Assembly: GCA_964106645.2 (NCBI GenBank)
Contig: OZ067044.1
Length of the DNA: 64,000 nt
Direction: 5' to 3' (one strand)
Source of the DNA: Podarcis pityusensis
Lineage: Eukaryota
Position numbers and translations under genes: made by a program. Position 1 is the stretch's first letter. Each line of letters opens with the position of its first letter. The notes below the pieces were generated by a model. That model saw only the letters and a program-made list of their open reading frames with translations. It was not told the origin of the DNA and did no database searches. Positions 50,484 to 63,172 of the stretch are shown here, piece by piece.

Positions 50484-50661
50484 NNNNNNNNNNNNNNNNN
50501 NNNNNNNNNNNNNNNNNNNNNNNNNNNNNNNNNNNNNNNNNNNNNNNNNNNNNNNNNNNNNNNNNNNNNNNNNNNNNNNNNNNNNNNNNNNNNNNNNNNN
50601 NNNNNNNNNNNNNNNNNNNNNNNNNNNNNNNNNNNNNNNNNNNNNNNNNNNNNNNNNNNNN
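50484..50661. other. Assembly gap
   Basis: N run. Confidence 1.
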
Positions 50662-53600
50662 NGTTGTACATGTTGGCAGTTTTCCAGTCAAGAGCTGTTA
50701 ATTACTGTACAGCTCGTGAATACATTTTGTGGCAATAGAAAGTGGGGAGGGGGGGCAGAGGAGGAGAGGAACTCTGTATCCATGCTCTGTTTTACTAAAA
50801 AAATGGTGAGGTGTGAGTGCAGGGGGGCAGCAGAAAATTACACTGAAGTCATTTTCACCCTTAGGAGTTACAATGCAGTTTGTTTTCATGTTGAAAATAA
50901 AAACAAATGACAGTACAGCTCCCTAAGGGGGAGAGTACTTTAGCTTTAAAGAATCCCTGCCAAAAACAAGCCATTATCTATTTGTTTAGCAATAATAAAA
51001 AAAGATCTTCTCTAAAGCTTTATTTCAGAGTCTCACATCTTTGTAAAGTTCAGGGTTTGCTACGATACTGTTTGCTTATCAAATCGCATACAAGTGATAA
51101 CTCAGGAAATTGTGCATACAACATATCTATCATTTCTTTTAAGTGTATGACCATATATGTATAGCCAAGTTCTCTTAACATTGTTGAATTTACATTAGTA
51201 AATTAATTTTCATCCCTCAGTACAAGGGATGGGATGGGGGTGGGGAATAAGCAAATGTTGGTTGATATAGTTACACAGCTTAACCTTGGCAAGTAGCCAT
51301 AAGAAATACCACTGACCAACTAAATATATTTAACATGCAGTCACATAGATCATGTTACTCTATTAGCAGGATGAAAAATATTATTGTTTTAGCAAGCTAT
51401 CTGAGCACTGTGCAGATAAAGGGTCTTTTTCTGCCCTTCATTTTCGTAAAATGGAAATGAGGGGAGCTAACATTTGTCCTAAAGTAGTATCTTTCTTTCA
51501 CATTGTAGTCTAACATTTCTATTACTTGTGGAGTTGTCCATAGAAATTCCTTATCATGAACACATTTCATTTTCTGTCTGTATTTTGAAAATAGCTTTGG
51601 GCACAAAATATGCAATATTATGATTATGCAAGGAAACTGTTCTTTGCATGCATCATTTATAAAGCTGGGAGGGGGGCTTTTCCAGCAATTTTACAGATAC
51701 CTTGCCCAGCTAAACACAGACTGTAAGCTGTAGAAAATCTAACCAGCTGTTTAATAAGTTAACATACACTTGTTATGGGTCATCTTATCTGTGAACAGTT
51801 CTATTTCCTGTTTTGCAATTCATCAGAATCAGTATGAGGTCATCCAAGTAAGTTCAGGTTATGTCTTCTCTCTAGCTAAGAATGATTTTTCTGTGCTTTT
51901 TCTTTTTTGCAAGCTATTAAACATGTGAGGAGCAAGGGTGCCAATCTCCAGCAACCCAGTACCCATTGGTACCTAAAAACATGGGCCTGGCAACTGAGGA
52001 AGAAACTGGTTCCTCTTCCTCTGTTGTATGCTGCTGTTAGTTGAATTTGGCATCAGCATAACTTGGTTGAATGTGTCCCACCTATTAACTCTGTTGCTTC
52101 ACTTGATCTAACCCAATTACTATTTCATAATTGAGATAATGGCCTGGTTGGCATGGCACTGTAAGCCACACTATGGCTTGCCAGGACTGTGTAAATGTGT
52201 GGCTCCCAGAGACAGAAACTCATAGCCACTTTGCTCATAGCCCCAGTTTCCTTTACTGCTGCACTGCATGCCAACTGAACCTGGGCTCATGGCTAAACTC
52301 TCCTCAGTAACTTCCAACTTTAGCCAAGAATGAAGCTTGGCTATTGCTCATGGTTAGTTGGATTGAAATAACAGGGACTCTTTAGATCCTTTTCCCACCT
52401 TGGGTTTGTAAAGAGCCTGATTTTTTGCTAGAGTGTGTGATCTAAGACAGGTTTGTCTTACAATGAAGACTAGACTGGTTGTTGATGAAGATGTCCCAAA
52501 GCAGAAGTGTTGGAAATGATTGGTGGTTGTTGCTGCTATTCAGCTGCTGCAAGAGCATGGGGCTTCCCATGCTTTCCCTCTAGGGCTGGTCAAAAATATA
52601 TACTGCCATTTTTTTCCCAAAAACTATTTTTTTTAAGTGTTAACTTTACTAGAAGTCTAAAAACAAATACTTTTATCTTTCGATACCTATATTAATTACA
52701 AAAAAATGAATTAGTTGACTGTTGTGAAATGATCAAACACTTTTTTGGGGTGGGGGGACAAGGGTATAGAAATTTAATAAATAAAATAAAATAAATAAAA
52801 TAAAGCAGCCCCCATTCCTACCCTATTAAATAAATGACACCATAATGAAATTAGAAAGGTACACTGCCACCAGCACAGTTGTATTTGTGGTTTCATATGG
52901 ATGATTTACTGGTATTTTTATTATTGGATTTTATTCTTGTTTTAAATTGCATCAGGACCCCTTTTTGTGGGAAGCAATACATAAATTCAATACACCTAAC
53001 CATTAAGGAAAGTTTGTAAACTGGAATAAAATAAACTGACTGACTGTGAGCAAATAATAGGTGGCTATTGGCTGATCTAACTTGTGGTCCACATCTACAT
53101 AGTTCACCTCAACCTGTTGCTTGAGGTATTTTTTCATCAGGCAGGAAAAAAAAAGAACCTGGGGCAAGGGATGGAGGGGGATGTAAAGTGCAAGAGGCAG
53201 GCAAGAACCATCAGTAACTCTCTGCCAAATGTTCATTGAATGGAAGAAGTAAGCCATTTGCTTTATATGTGAATGGGGATGACATGTGCATAATGACCCT
53301 TGTGGCTTGCTTGGATCTTTGGGCACTAGCCCCGATTCTACAATTAAAACCAATTGGTTTTCTCTATATTGGCTAGCTTTCCCTTCAGTTGGTACAAGAG
53401 GAGAAACCCCTGTCCTTTTTTGGCTTCTTCTAACAGTGCCTGCCCTTTCCTCACTATTAAGTGTTAAACAAGCCTGTTAGTTTAGCCTGTATTAAGCTGC
53501 AACCTTGGTCTACAGCATGTGCAGGCTAAAGTATCTATGGGATAAACAAATACATGAGGACAAAAAAACCAGCAATACAGAAACCCAGAACCACTTTAAA

Positions 53601-54371
53601 ATTCAAAAATATCCACAGCGGCCTAAGTACCAAAGTCCCACATTGACAGACACTTCAAAACAATTCACTAAAAGGACCTTTAAAAGGGTCAGTGGTTGCA
53701 ACTTAATATTCAGGCACTACTGTGCTTGGATTGGCCTTTGGTTTTTCACTTGAAAGCCATGGGGGTTAATTATAGTAGTACAGATTTATATTATAAAAAA
53801 TAATTGAGAAAGCTTTTTTTACTAATTATTATTTAAATTTCAACTTACTGATTATTAAAGTTATTTTAACTACAGTATTATTTATGGAAGCTATGGTAAT
53901 ATGCAACCAGAGAATGTGCTCTGCTATTGCACCATAATCTGTAACTAGGGATCCCACTTATTCTAGCTTTCCTTCTGGAAAAGAAAAGGCAAAATTTATC
54001 TAAGGATGAATCTGTTGACGATTACGAACTGAAGTTCATTCACAGACAATTCATCATTTAATGTAAGAACTGATTCTCACAAGCCTATTCATAACTAAAT
54101 TACTTCAGCTCCTGATGCCATGCAGCTGAAAATTGAAGTTGTCTCCCATTGAAAAATATTATGTTTCAAATGATGCCTGTTCAGAAGAAGAATGTGCCTA
54201 TGGCATTTGATCTCTGGAGGCTCTTTACACATATAAGCTTTAATTTGTAGCAACCATGCATGCAGAAATTCTCCTAAGAATATGGACTGACAAGAGACCA
54301 CCGAGAGCCAGTGTGGATGGTTAAGAAAGCCATGTGGTACAGTGCATCCAGGAACACACCTCCTCATAATG

Positions 54372-54695
54372 TACAGGCTGATTCATAATGAAGTATACAG
54401 TTTCCATTCACTATCAATGGAAACTGTACACAGTCATACCTCGTGTTGCGTTCCGCTCTTGTTACGGACTTTCAGCTTATGAATGTGGCAAACACGGAAG
54501 TGGTTACTTCTGGGTTCACCACCCACGCATGCACGGAAGTGATCTGCACACATGCGGAGAAGAGCTCAGTCGTGCCGTGCACATGCGCAGAAGAGGAGCT
54601 CTAGTTGCAGACTTTTTGGGGTGCGAATGGCACCCCGAAACGGATTAAGTTCGCAACTAGAGGTACCACTGTACTTCATTATGAATCACCCTGTA
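54372..54695. mobile_element. ~80-bp palindromic mariner-like mini-element split by a second MITE
   Basis: Left arm TACAGGCTGATTCATAATGAAGTATACAGTTTCCATT. Right arm AATGGAAACTGTA..[insert]..TACTTCATTATGAATCACCCTGTA. Confidence 0.85.
54431..54671 (+). mobile_element. Tigger-like MITE (241 bp)
   Basis: TIRs cagtcatacctc / gaggtaccactg, followed by TA. Confidence 0.85.
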
Positions 54696-55387
54696 CTTTG
54701 CATGTATAGTATTAACATTCCATATTAAAATGGGCCTGCCACTTAAAACTAGGGTATCAGGGACAATATTGTAGCCTGCCAACACATGTGGATGGATGTA
54801 GGTGGGGGGGTTGCCTGATCAAGCATTTCATAGCAGAATGACTGCCAAAATATGTGTCATTGTCTGTATCTTGTATTTGTCTAATAGAATTGAAGAACTT
54901 GATTAAAATAAACACCATAATGTACAATGTCTCCACTAAAAGACAAAGATTCACTGTTCCAAACCATGGTTATGAACAGCTGCCTAACTGTGAGAATTTC
55001 CCCCCCTGTTTTCTTTGTAATGCCTGGTGATTTGCTTATCTTCACATTTGTTGAAAGATGTAATTAGAACATTTATTTCGTGAACAGCTTTTAATGCACA
55101 GTCAATAGTATCTGTGGTTATCTTAAAATGAAACAGTTATTACAAAGAGCTTATTGTTAAAATCAGGGACTGCAGATGCAAAGTTGTATTGTTTATTCTA
55201 GTTATTTCTGTGCACTCTGTAAGTTCTTATAGCATGGTAAATTGTATCATCCTTGTTTGATTTCTAATTCTAGATGATTAGCACTGTTCACAAACTCAGA
55301 CCCCTTAAAAAAGTTATAGGTGATAAATTTGCTGACCATAGGAATGATCAGACACTGGTTACTGAAATTTCTGGCCGATATCATATA

Positions 55388-55613
55388 CACTTGTACCTCG
55401 GGTTAAGAATTTAATTCGTTCCAGAGGTCCGTTCTTAACCTGAAACAGTTCTTAACCTGAGGCGCGCTTTCATTAATGGGGCTTCCTGCTGCCGCTGTGC
55501 CACTGGTGCGCGATTTCCGTTCTTATCCTGGGGCAAAGTTCTTAACCTGGAGCAACCCCTTCCTGGTTAGCGGAGTTTGTAACCCGAAGCGTCTGTAACC
55601 CGAAGTACCACTG
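55388..55613 (-). mobile_element. Tigger-like MITE, 31833 family, reverse orientation
   Basis: TA|cacttgtacctcgggttaa ... taacccgaagtaccactg|TA. Internal sequence is the reverse complement of 31833. Confidence 0.92.
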
Positions 55614-56966
55614 TATAGAGTGATCACAGCATTGCATTTAATGTAGTTTAGGTGGCCATCCCATTTCCATTTAAATCACAGGAAGCAATGAGAAACCTTT
55701 AAAATTAATGTATGTTTATTGTTAACTTCAGCAAATATAATTGCACTGAGTGACTACAGGTTACCCAGCACAGAGACACAAGTGATTTGTTTGGTGGTCT
55801 GTCTGTTCTTTAATACATCAACTTGTTTCCTGTAATTTATTCCACCTTGACTTTCTGTTTTGATTATTGCAGTGCATTTCAGTTGTAGCTCCCTTGGAAG
55901 ATAGCTTGGAAAAGTACATATGGTAAAACCGAGTCTCTAATCTTGTTAGGAAGCATTAGCCATAGGGAACAGGTTACCCCAGTTCTTCAAAAACTTCACT
56001 GACATTGTTACTTCCAGGTCAAATTCATGTTATTTAGACTGATCTTTAAAGACGTATGTTGGCCATTACCTGTGGAACTATTTCTTAGGCTTGTTTCCTA
56101 AACTCCAAGAAAGGCAGTGCACTCGAACACCCTTTCAGTATTTTTTAATCCTTGCTTTCAATTGGAAATGACCTTTAACCTCTAAAGAAGCATGTGTGTG
56201 GGTGTCAGTCAGATCTTGCTCTTAGTTTTAAAGCAAATCTCCTGTTTCTTTACAAATAAAAAAAGAAAGTAACTGAATTAGGCAAGTGTTGTGTAAATTA
56301 CAGTTTTTTCTTTGGAAACAGTTTCAAAGAAGAAACTGTAAATTACAGTTTCTTTTTCGAAGAGAATCAGCAGAGGTAAGAATAACAACGGATCTATGAA
56401 GGAAGTATTCAAATTACTGAATGTTTTGCAAAACATACATACTACTTACTAGGCAGAAGATCTGTAAGCTGTTTACAAAGGGCAATCCAAAAGATTCATT
56501 AAAGCACACGGATAAAAGGTAACATTGTTTTAAAAAATTAATATGATATTTAAAACTATAAATAAAACCATCAATTTAAAAAGTCATTATGCTTATTAAA
56601 GATCCTTGTTGGCCACATTGGTCAGAAATGTACATATGCTCTTCATTTACTTCTCACAATGTTGATTTTAACAGTGAGTTGCTTGCGGGTATTAAGTCAC
56701 TCTTGTTTCATGTCCTATGCTATAAAAGTTACACCTATAAACTAGAACCATGTGCATCATGTGACAAATACAGTTGTTCTCCATCTTTACCTCCCACATA
56801 TCAGATGCTAAATAACCTATAAATTGTGCCATAGAATTGATACTTTTGTGGGGTTGACTCCATAAATGTTTAATTCAACACTTCTGCTGAAATAGCTGAC
56901 AGTTTTGGAGAAAGTTCACTGTTTTAAATGGACCTTTGATCTTGGTTTATTATAGCGGTTCTTATA

Positions 56967-57208
56967 CAGTGGTACCTTGGGTTACATACGCTTCAGGTTA
57001 CATACGCTTCAGGTTACAGACTCCGCTAACCCAAAAATAGTGCTTCAGGTTAAGAACTTTGCTTCAGGATGAGAACAGAAATTGTGCTCCGGTGGTGCGG
57101 CAGCAGCAGGAGGCCCCATTAGCTAAAGTGGTACTTCAGGTTAAGAACAGTTTCAGGTTAAGTACCAACCTCCAGAACGAATTAAGTACTTAACCCGAGA
57201 TACCACTG
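56967..57208 (+). mobile_element. Tigger-like MITE, 242 bp, 31833 family
   Basis: TA|cagtggtacc...taccactg|TA. Colinear with 31833-32074. Confidence 0.95.
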
Positions 57209-58695
57209 TATTTGTGTGACGGATCCTGTGTCAGATACTAGGAGCGATGTATAAAAAGAAGATCTGGTTGCCCAGAAAAACATGTTGAAACTATATGAAT
57301 AGCATTCTGTAGATTTTTCTTTCAGTGTGCAGGTACATAATTCCTCACAAAATAAGCCCAGACACCAAGTTACTTGACCCTGTCTTGTTGAAGTTGTTTG
57401 TCACAAAATAACCTCTCTGATACTATGGGTGCATAGCAACAAAAGTAGTAGGATTATGGCCTACTCTCTTCAAGACATCTTTGAAGTTGGCAGAGTATCT
57501 TTAATTTTATTTCAGCTTTGGGATTTATATGTGAGTGCTTAGGAAGCTATTAGCTTGGGTGGATTCCAACACAGTAAAGAATGGAACTAAAAATCTCTAA
57601 TAGCATACATGTTGAGAGAGTGTAGAGTACTTGAGTTGATAGAAGGCATCTGTAAACCAGCTGTGGTGGTGAGTGGCCTTTGTGGTCCTGGGGAATAGGT
57701 GACTAGGTGTTGAGTTTAGTGCAAATGCACACTGTGTAGATGTTAGGCAGAAAAAGCATGAGGCAGTTTAAGCCTGCCCTGCCTCTCCATCAACCTGTCT
57801 TTGAGCACCTACCCTACCCACGTAAAGGCATTGTTGGTTGCTGTTGGAGTCCAAGTAGGAATTTTTGGCTACCAGCTGATTGGTCTTGCTAGTGTGTTTT
57901 TCTACCTACTCTGTATTGATTGGGTGGCAGATTTAATTAGCTTTTTTTTGGGGGGGGGAACACAGCTGTTAAATAGGTTAAATAAATGTGACCCAGTTCA
58001 TCCAACCTTGTCTCCTGCTTTCTTATTTCCCTGTGTGGTCAAAATAACGGGACTAAAAATTCTCCTACAGAATGTGTTGAGAGAGTGTACGATTAAAAAC
58101 AGAGCTCTATGGATTCATGGGTTCGTAGAAGCTGTCTAAAAGATTTTGATGCATTGGACTTGTTGCAGTTGGAGATAATACATTAATGCTGCAGAAACAT
58201 GTAACTAACTAGATGTCACTACTAAATCTACATCTGCATGTTTTTTGAGCTATTGTTGGATGATACAAGCATCTGATTATGAGGGAAAACTTATAACTGT
58301 ATTCTTATCTTTGAGAGATCCTTCTAATAAATGTTTTTGGTAAACGTGTGTTTCACATTGTGATGATCTTCTCTGTTGGCATTTGATGTTTATTTATGGT
58401 AGATTTGTTTTTGGACATCAGTGTTTTAGATTCATGACAATTCTTCTCATATGCTAAAATGACAAATTTCAAGACGTAGAATATACCATTGAAGATCTCA
58501 AAGGGATCAATGATGTTTTAAGTTCTCAAACATAGGGCTAAAGTGACTTGAACTTTATCTATACATGCGTTATGATGACAGCAGATTCCAGATCTGGGTC
58601 TAGTGAAGAAGTTTAATTGATTTTCACTTCCTGGACTCAGCTACACTGGCAAAGAATATACCGTGTGTGTGTGTGTTATATGCATTATAACACTG

Positions 58696-58715
58696 TGACA
58701 CTAGATGGCGCTGTG
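58696..58715 (+). promoter_or_regulatory. CTCF motif
   Basis: TGACACTAGATGGCGCTG is a near-consensus match with its CpG retained. TGCATTAT upstream resembles the ZF9-11 upstream motif. Confidence 0.65.
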
Positions 58716-58976
58716 GAGTCCAATTTTTGCTAATGCAAAGTTTAACAAACTGAAGCAGTTCTTTGATGTGTCTAGATCCAGGCCATCTTTGCTGGCAAGT
58801 GCATTACCCCAAAGCATGTAGGCTTAATTGAGGGTCAACCATGTATTCTAAATAGGGAGATAATGGGTTGTCCTAATATGCTGAATACTTAACCCTCAAT
58901 AAGAATGGGTTGTTTTGGCAATCAGGCAGTTCAGCCTAGGTTGTTAGGGGTCCTGAATCTAAAATTCTGTGTGTGA

Positions 58977-59205
58977 AAGCCAGTGTGGTATAGTGCAGAG
59001 TATCAGACTAAGAACTGGGAGACAAGGGTTCTAGTCCCCACTTGACTGTGAAGCTCACTGGGTGACCTTGGGCCACTCACAGTCTCTCAGCCTAACCTAC
59101 CTCACAGAGTTGTTGCAAGGATTAAATGGAGAGGGAAGGGAACTAGGTTTGCCACCTTGAGCTGCTGGGAGGAAAGGTAGAACCTAAATGAAATAAATGA
59201 ATGTA
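58977..59205 (+). mobile_element. CORE/MIR-related squamate SINE (Squam2-like)
   Basis: tRNA-like head (gtgtggtatagtg...gggttctagtccc), core ctgggtgaccttgggcc...ctcagcctaacctacctcacagagttgttg, and an L2-like tail. Confidence 0.85.
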
Positions 59206-62200
59206 TGTATGTTTATGTGCCACTCCTTCTCAAAGGGTTAGGCAAGCAATGAGAATGGAAGCATATATGACAGTCTGTGACTGTCTGTGCAGTTTATGGT
59301 GTTGAGAAGGTGCTTAAAGCTGTCAGAACTATTGGAGACTGTATTTTGGTGGGGGCAGCAGATGAAGGCAAGGGGGCTTCTTGCATTATGGATATGTTTA
59401 CCTCTTCCTGCTGTAAACCTCCATGTAGCAGGGCTTTCTCCTCCTGCCAAAGACTCTTGGTAAAGTTTTTTTTGGGGGGGGTGAAATAGCAAGAAAAGGC
59501 TAAAGACTTTTTTGATTCCTCTTCCCTTCTCAGCAGCACAATCATGTCTTTAGATTTTAATGATTTTGTAGCTTGCAAAAACTTTACCATATATATAAAC
59601 CAAGAGTGATATCAGGTTGTCATATTCAGAGTGCACCCATTGAAATGAACCCTGAATATGACTTAGTTGTTATCACACTAATATTATAATATGTTTTTCT
59701 AAACATATTTACCCTCACTTTTTAGGATGTTGCAAGGGTTTTATACATTTGGCACAATGAAAGAGAGTGAGCTGAAATATATTTTAGCCAAGCAATCATT
59801 TTAAAATTTTCATACTTTCGACAGTGACTTTTATGCATGAAGTAAGGTAGGATGAATGGCCTACTTCTGTCTGTTTTCATTACTCCATTATTTCTCTGTG
59901 CTGCTCCATCTTTTTTTTTAATCTCTATGCCTTGTGGGATATTAAACTTTCTCTAATTATTTCAATAAGATCAGGGGTTATCGATTTTTAGGGTATCATT
60001 TGCTTGTTCCCTAATAAAACCTGGCTCTGTGCTGAAAGCCAACAAAGTTATTTAAAAACAAAACAAAATAAAAAAACTACCACTTTTTAGTAAAATAGAT
60101 TAGAGTATATATTTAAAGGCCAAAATTATATCACATGTAGTTTTTCTTAGCCTCACTTGTTCTAAAGGCTAGTAAGTATTGCAGTTTTGGTGTTTCAAAT
60201 AAAAAAATATTTAGGTTACGTGGCAAATTTCAAATATTAAGCGAACCTTTAAAATGAATAAATAGGGGACATTGGAATTTTAAAAAAGAACAAAAGCAGA
60301 AACCATCAGTAAGTTTGTGTAGCATTGAAAGTTCATTGCAGCTAACTGATTTTCTTACTTTTCATAATAAAGTATTTTATAAACATATTCCCTTAAAAAT
60401 AACAGTGAAGATGGATTAGGACTGGAATAGGCAGCATACGATCTTCAAAACTATTTCATACACCCACTTATTATAGCTTACATTTATTTTTGCACCAGCC
60501 ACCAAGGGCTTCTGCGTAAATTGGATCTCGTTAGTTCCTGCCTTGATGGCAGATTTGGCTCAACATGCATGGAATTCATTGCACTTATGATCTCACGTTA
60601 GGATGGTGGCTGACTGTGGAACCCTCAGGTAAATTCAACCTGTCTGCCCCGTCTTGCTCTCCCAAGGCCAAAGACAGTGATTCATATACATGATTATGCC
60701 TTCAGGACTTCATCAGATATGAATGATGACACAACATATACACACTGGATAGCCTTACCTAGGTAAAACACGGCAAAAAAACATAGATAACATCTTAGTT
60801 TGGGCTTTGTAGGCCACCTGTAGACTACAATCACCCAGTAGCAGATGGTGTTGGGGCAGTGGGGCTGACCTAACCTCTGGTTAGTGGCATCATTGTTGCT
60901 TACCAGGCAGCCAGAGGGAGTAAGGTAACAGTGTCATTCATGCACGGCAAGCACACTGCGGGGACACCAGATTGGCTCCACCAGTGCATTTGCACCACAG
61001 CCAACTCACTTCCCCCTTGCCCCCTCTACCTCCTAGTAAGCAGCAGTGAAAGAACTGATCGGAGGGCAGCTGAGCACCCTCCAACCCACCATATTACCTG
61101 CTGCTGCAAGCTTCTCTAGGAAATCCTTACAATCATAAAATATATGCAGTGTAATATATATATATCTTGATGACTGTTCCATGGCATTTGATAGGTCTTC
61201 TGCCTTGAGATTATTTTAAGTACATGAGTTTGGAATTGACTTTAGGGACATGTAATACATGTGCTAAACGTTAGCTGTCTTGTCCCTCTCCCATTGTCCC
61301 ATGGTAGTTGAAATTAATTATTATAACAGATTTTAGTTTGGATATAGACTACATGGTGTTTAAAGATTTTTATCACCTCAGATTTACATTATTTGGGGCA
61401 GTACTTGGGCACTGTAATAGATGAATATAATTCACGTTGACATTTAAAAAGCATAGTTTATGTAGATTCTGCTAAATAATACCATAGCTTTGTTTAAAAA
61501 AAAAAAATGGAAGCAAATTTGATGCCTGGATAAAAACCGCATTACTGTTTTTGATCAAGGATTAAATGTTTACACATTGGGTGTTTTAACTAATGTACAC
61601 AGACATCGTTTTAAGACTAACTGTGGAATTGTGCTACCTCTGACTGGAGTGCAAAGGCAATTGAGCTTGAAAATTGAGTAAAACTATACAAGCTCGTTTC
61701 TCTCTGTCTTTTGTTTTTAGCAGACATTGACATCCTACTTAACTTTCAGAAAAGATTTAAAACTATTTCTCAAAATCCTTGAGAAGATACGGAAAGCAAG
61801 CCTGTCCCTTCACGTCTCCACATAGTTTATATGTAGGCTGTAGGCATGTGTTGTTGGACTTCAACTTCCATTAGCACCAGCCAGCATTCCCAGTGGTCAG
61901 GTTGACTAAGGGGATATGGGAGGCATGGATCAGCATGTTGGCTACCCTTCATTAAAACTCTTGTTTTTACTGAAGGCACTACTTTGAAAGTTCTTTACAA
62001 CCTTGCCTCCCATCTGTCTATGGTCATATATTGATACATCCCTGCTTTTGACCTTGCTTCTCCAACTTCATCAGCCCAAAGGCCCCATCTTTTATTAAAC
62101 AGTTCTTATTTGTTCTCCTCAGTGCCCATTGTACCTTGGACACCCTCCTAGAGTCCTTAGTTGTGCTATTTGCCTCTTTTTTCCTCAATTCCTCATGCAT

Positions 62201-62404
62201 AAATCTACCATTATCTGTGAACAGGGTCCACAAATTCACTTTTCATCTTGTGGCAAGCACAAGGTGGGGGTTAATCACTGACCATATGCTAGACTTTGAA
62301 GCACCTAGAAACACTGCTTTGGGGTACCTCTGAAACTGAGCTGTTTTGCAAGGCTGAAGAACCTCTGTCTTTCTCCCAGGGCAAGGGAGGTGTCTCTCTG
62401 CAAT

Positions 62405-62850
62405 GTCTTTATTTTTATTCTTAAATTACCTCCAAAAGGAATTGAAGGCAGCTAACAAATCAAGAAAAGCTATAAACCATATTAAAAATAAACATATTAA
62501 CACAATATAGTTAGCAGGAAACAATACCTAGGGATATTTTTTTTAACCCTTTCAAATTAAAGAGGAAAAATGTTCAGCCAAAGCCCTCTTTAAATAACCA
62601 AGCTTTTACTGGCCTCCCAAAACAGTGAAGAGTAAAGAACATCAGCTGACAGAGAGCAGGCGCCACTACCGCTAAACTTTGCCTCTGGTAGCTGCCAGCC
62701 TCTAAGAATCTTAAGTAGAGCCTCCAAGGATAAAGGGAACATACAGAGAGGAATTTCTGGAACAAGGTTGTCCTTCAGGTACCCAGTTCCAAGCTAAACT
62801 CAATGGCTTGGACACCAGCAACTTGAATTGAACCCAGAAACAAGCAGGCA
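62405..62850 (-). mobile_element. Decayed L2-type LINE 3' end
   Basis: Minus strand gives ..IQVAGV..YLR..RQSLAVVAPAL..VKAWLFKEGF, followed by a tail. Homologous to the 47838 copy. Confidence 0.7.
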
Positions 62851-63077
62851 ACAGTTACAGATCAAATGGGACAGGACTTCAAAGTGTCTTCAACTCTTCT
62901 AGTGGTTGCAGGTGTGATCTTCTTGCCCCCATCCTGAAACTAAGAGAAGAGGAGGATGGGATTGTTCCTTCAGTTGTGCTGAATTTTAGAGGCACCAGGA
63001 AACACCTCTTTTGGAATTCCTTCAAAGTCTAATCCACAAGTGGAGAATGCTGTTGCACACTGGTTCTACTTACGTAC

Positions 63078-63172
63078 AGGCTTCCCTTGAAAATCTGGTT
63101 GGCCACTATAAGAACAAAGTGCTAAATTAGATGGGACTTTGGCCTGATTCAGAAGGGCACTTCTTATATTTT
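63078..63172 (+). mobile_element. CR1-type 3' tail fragment
   Basis: atctggttggccact...tagatggg...ggcctgattcag...cttcttat. Confidence 0.65.

Noticed and set aside
12184-50910. ORFs containing long X runs
   Set aside because: Artifacts of translating N gaps.
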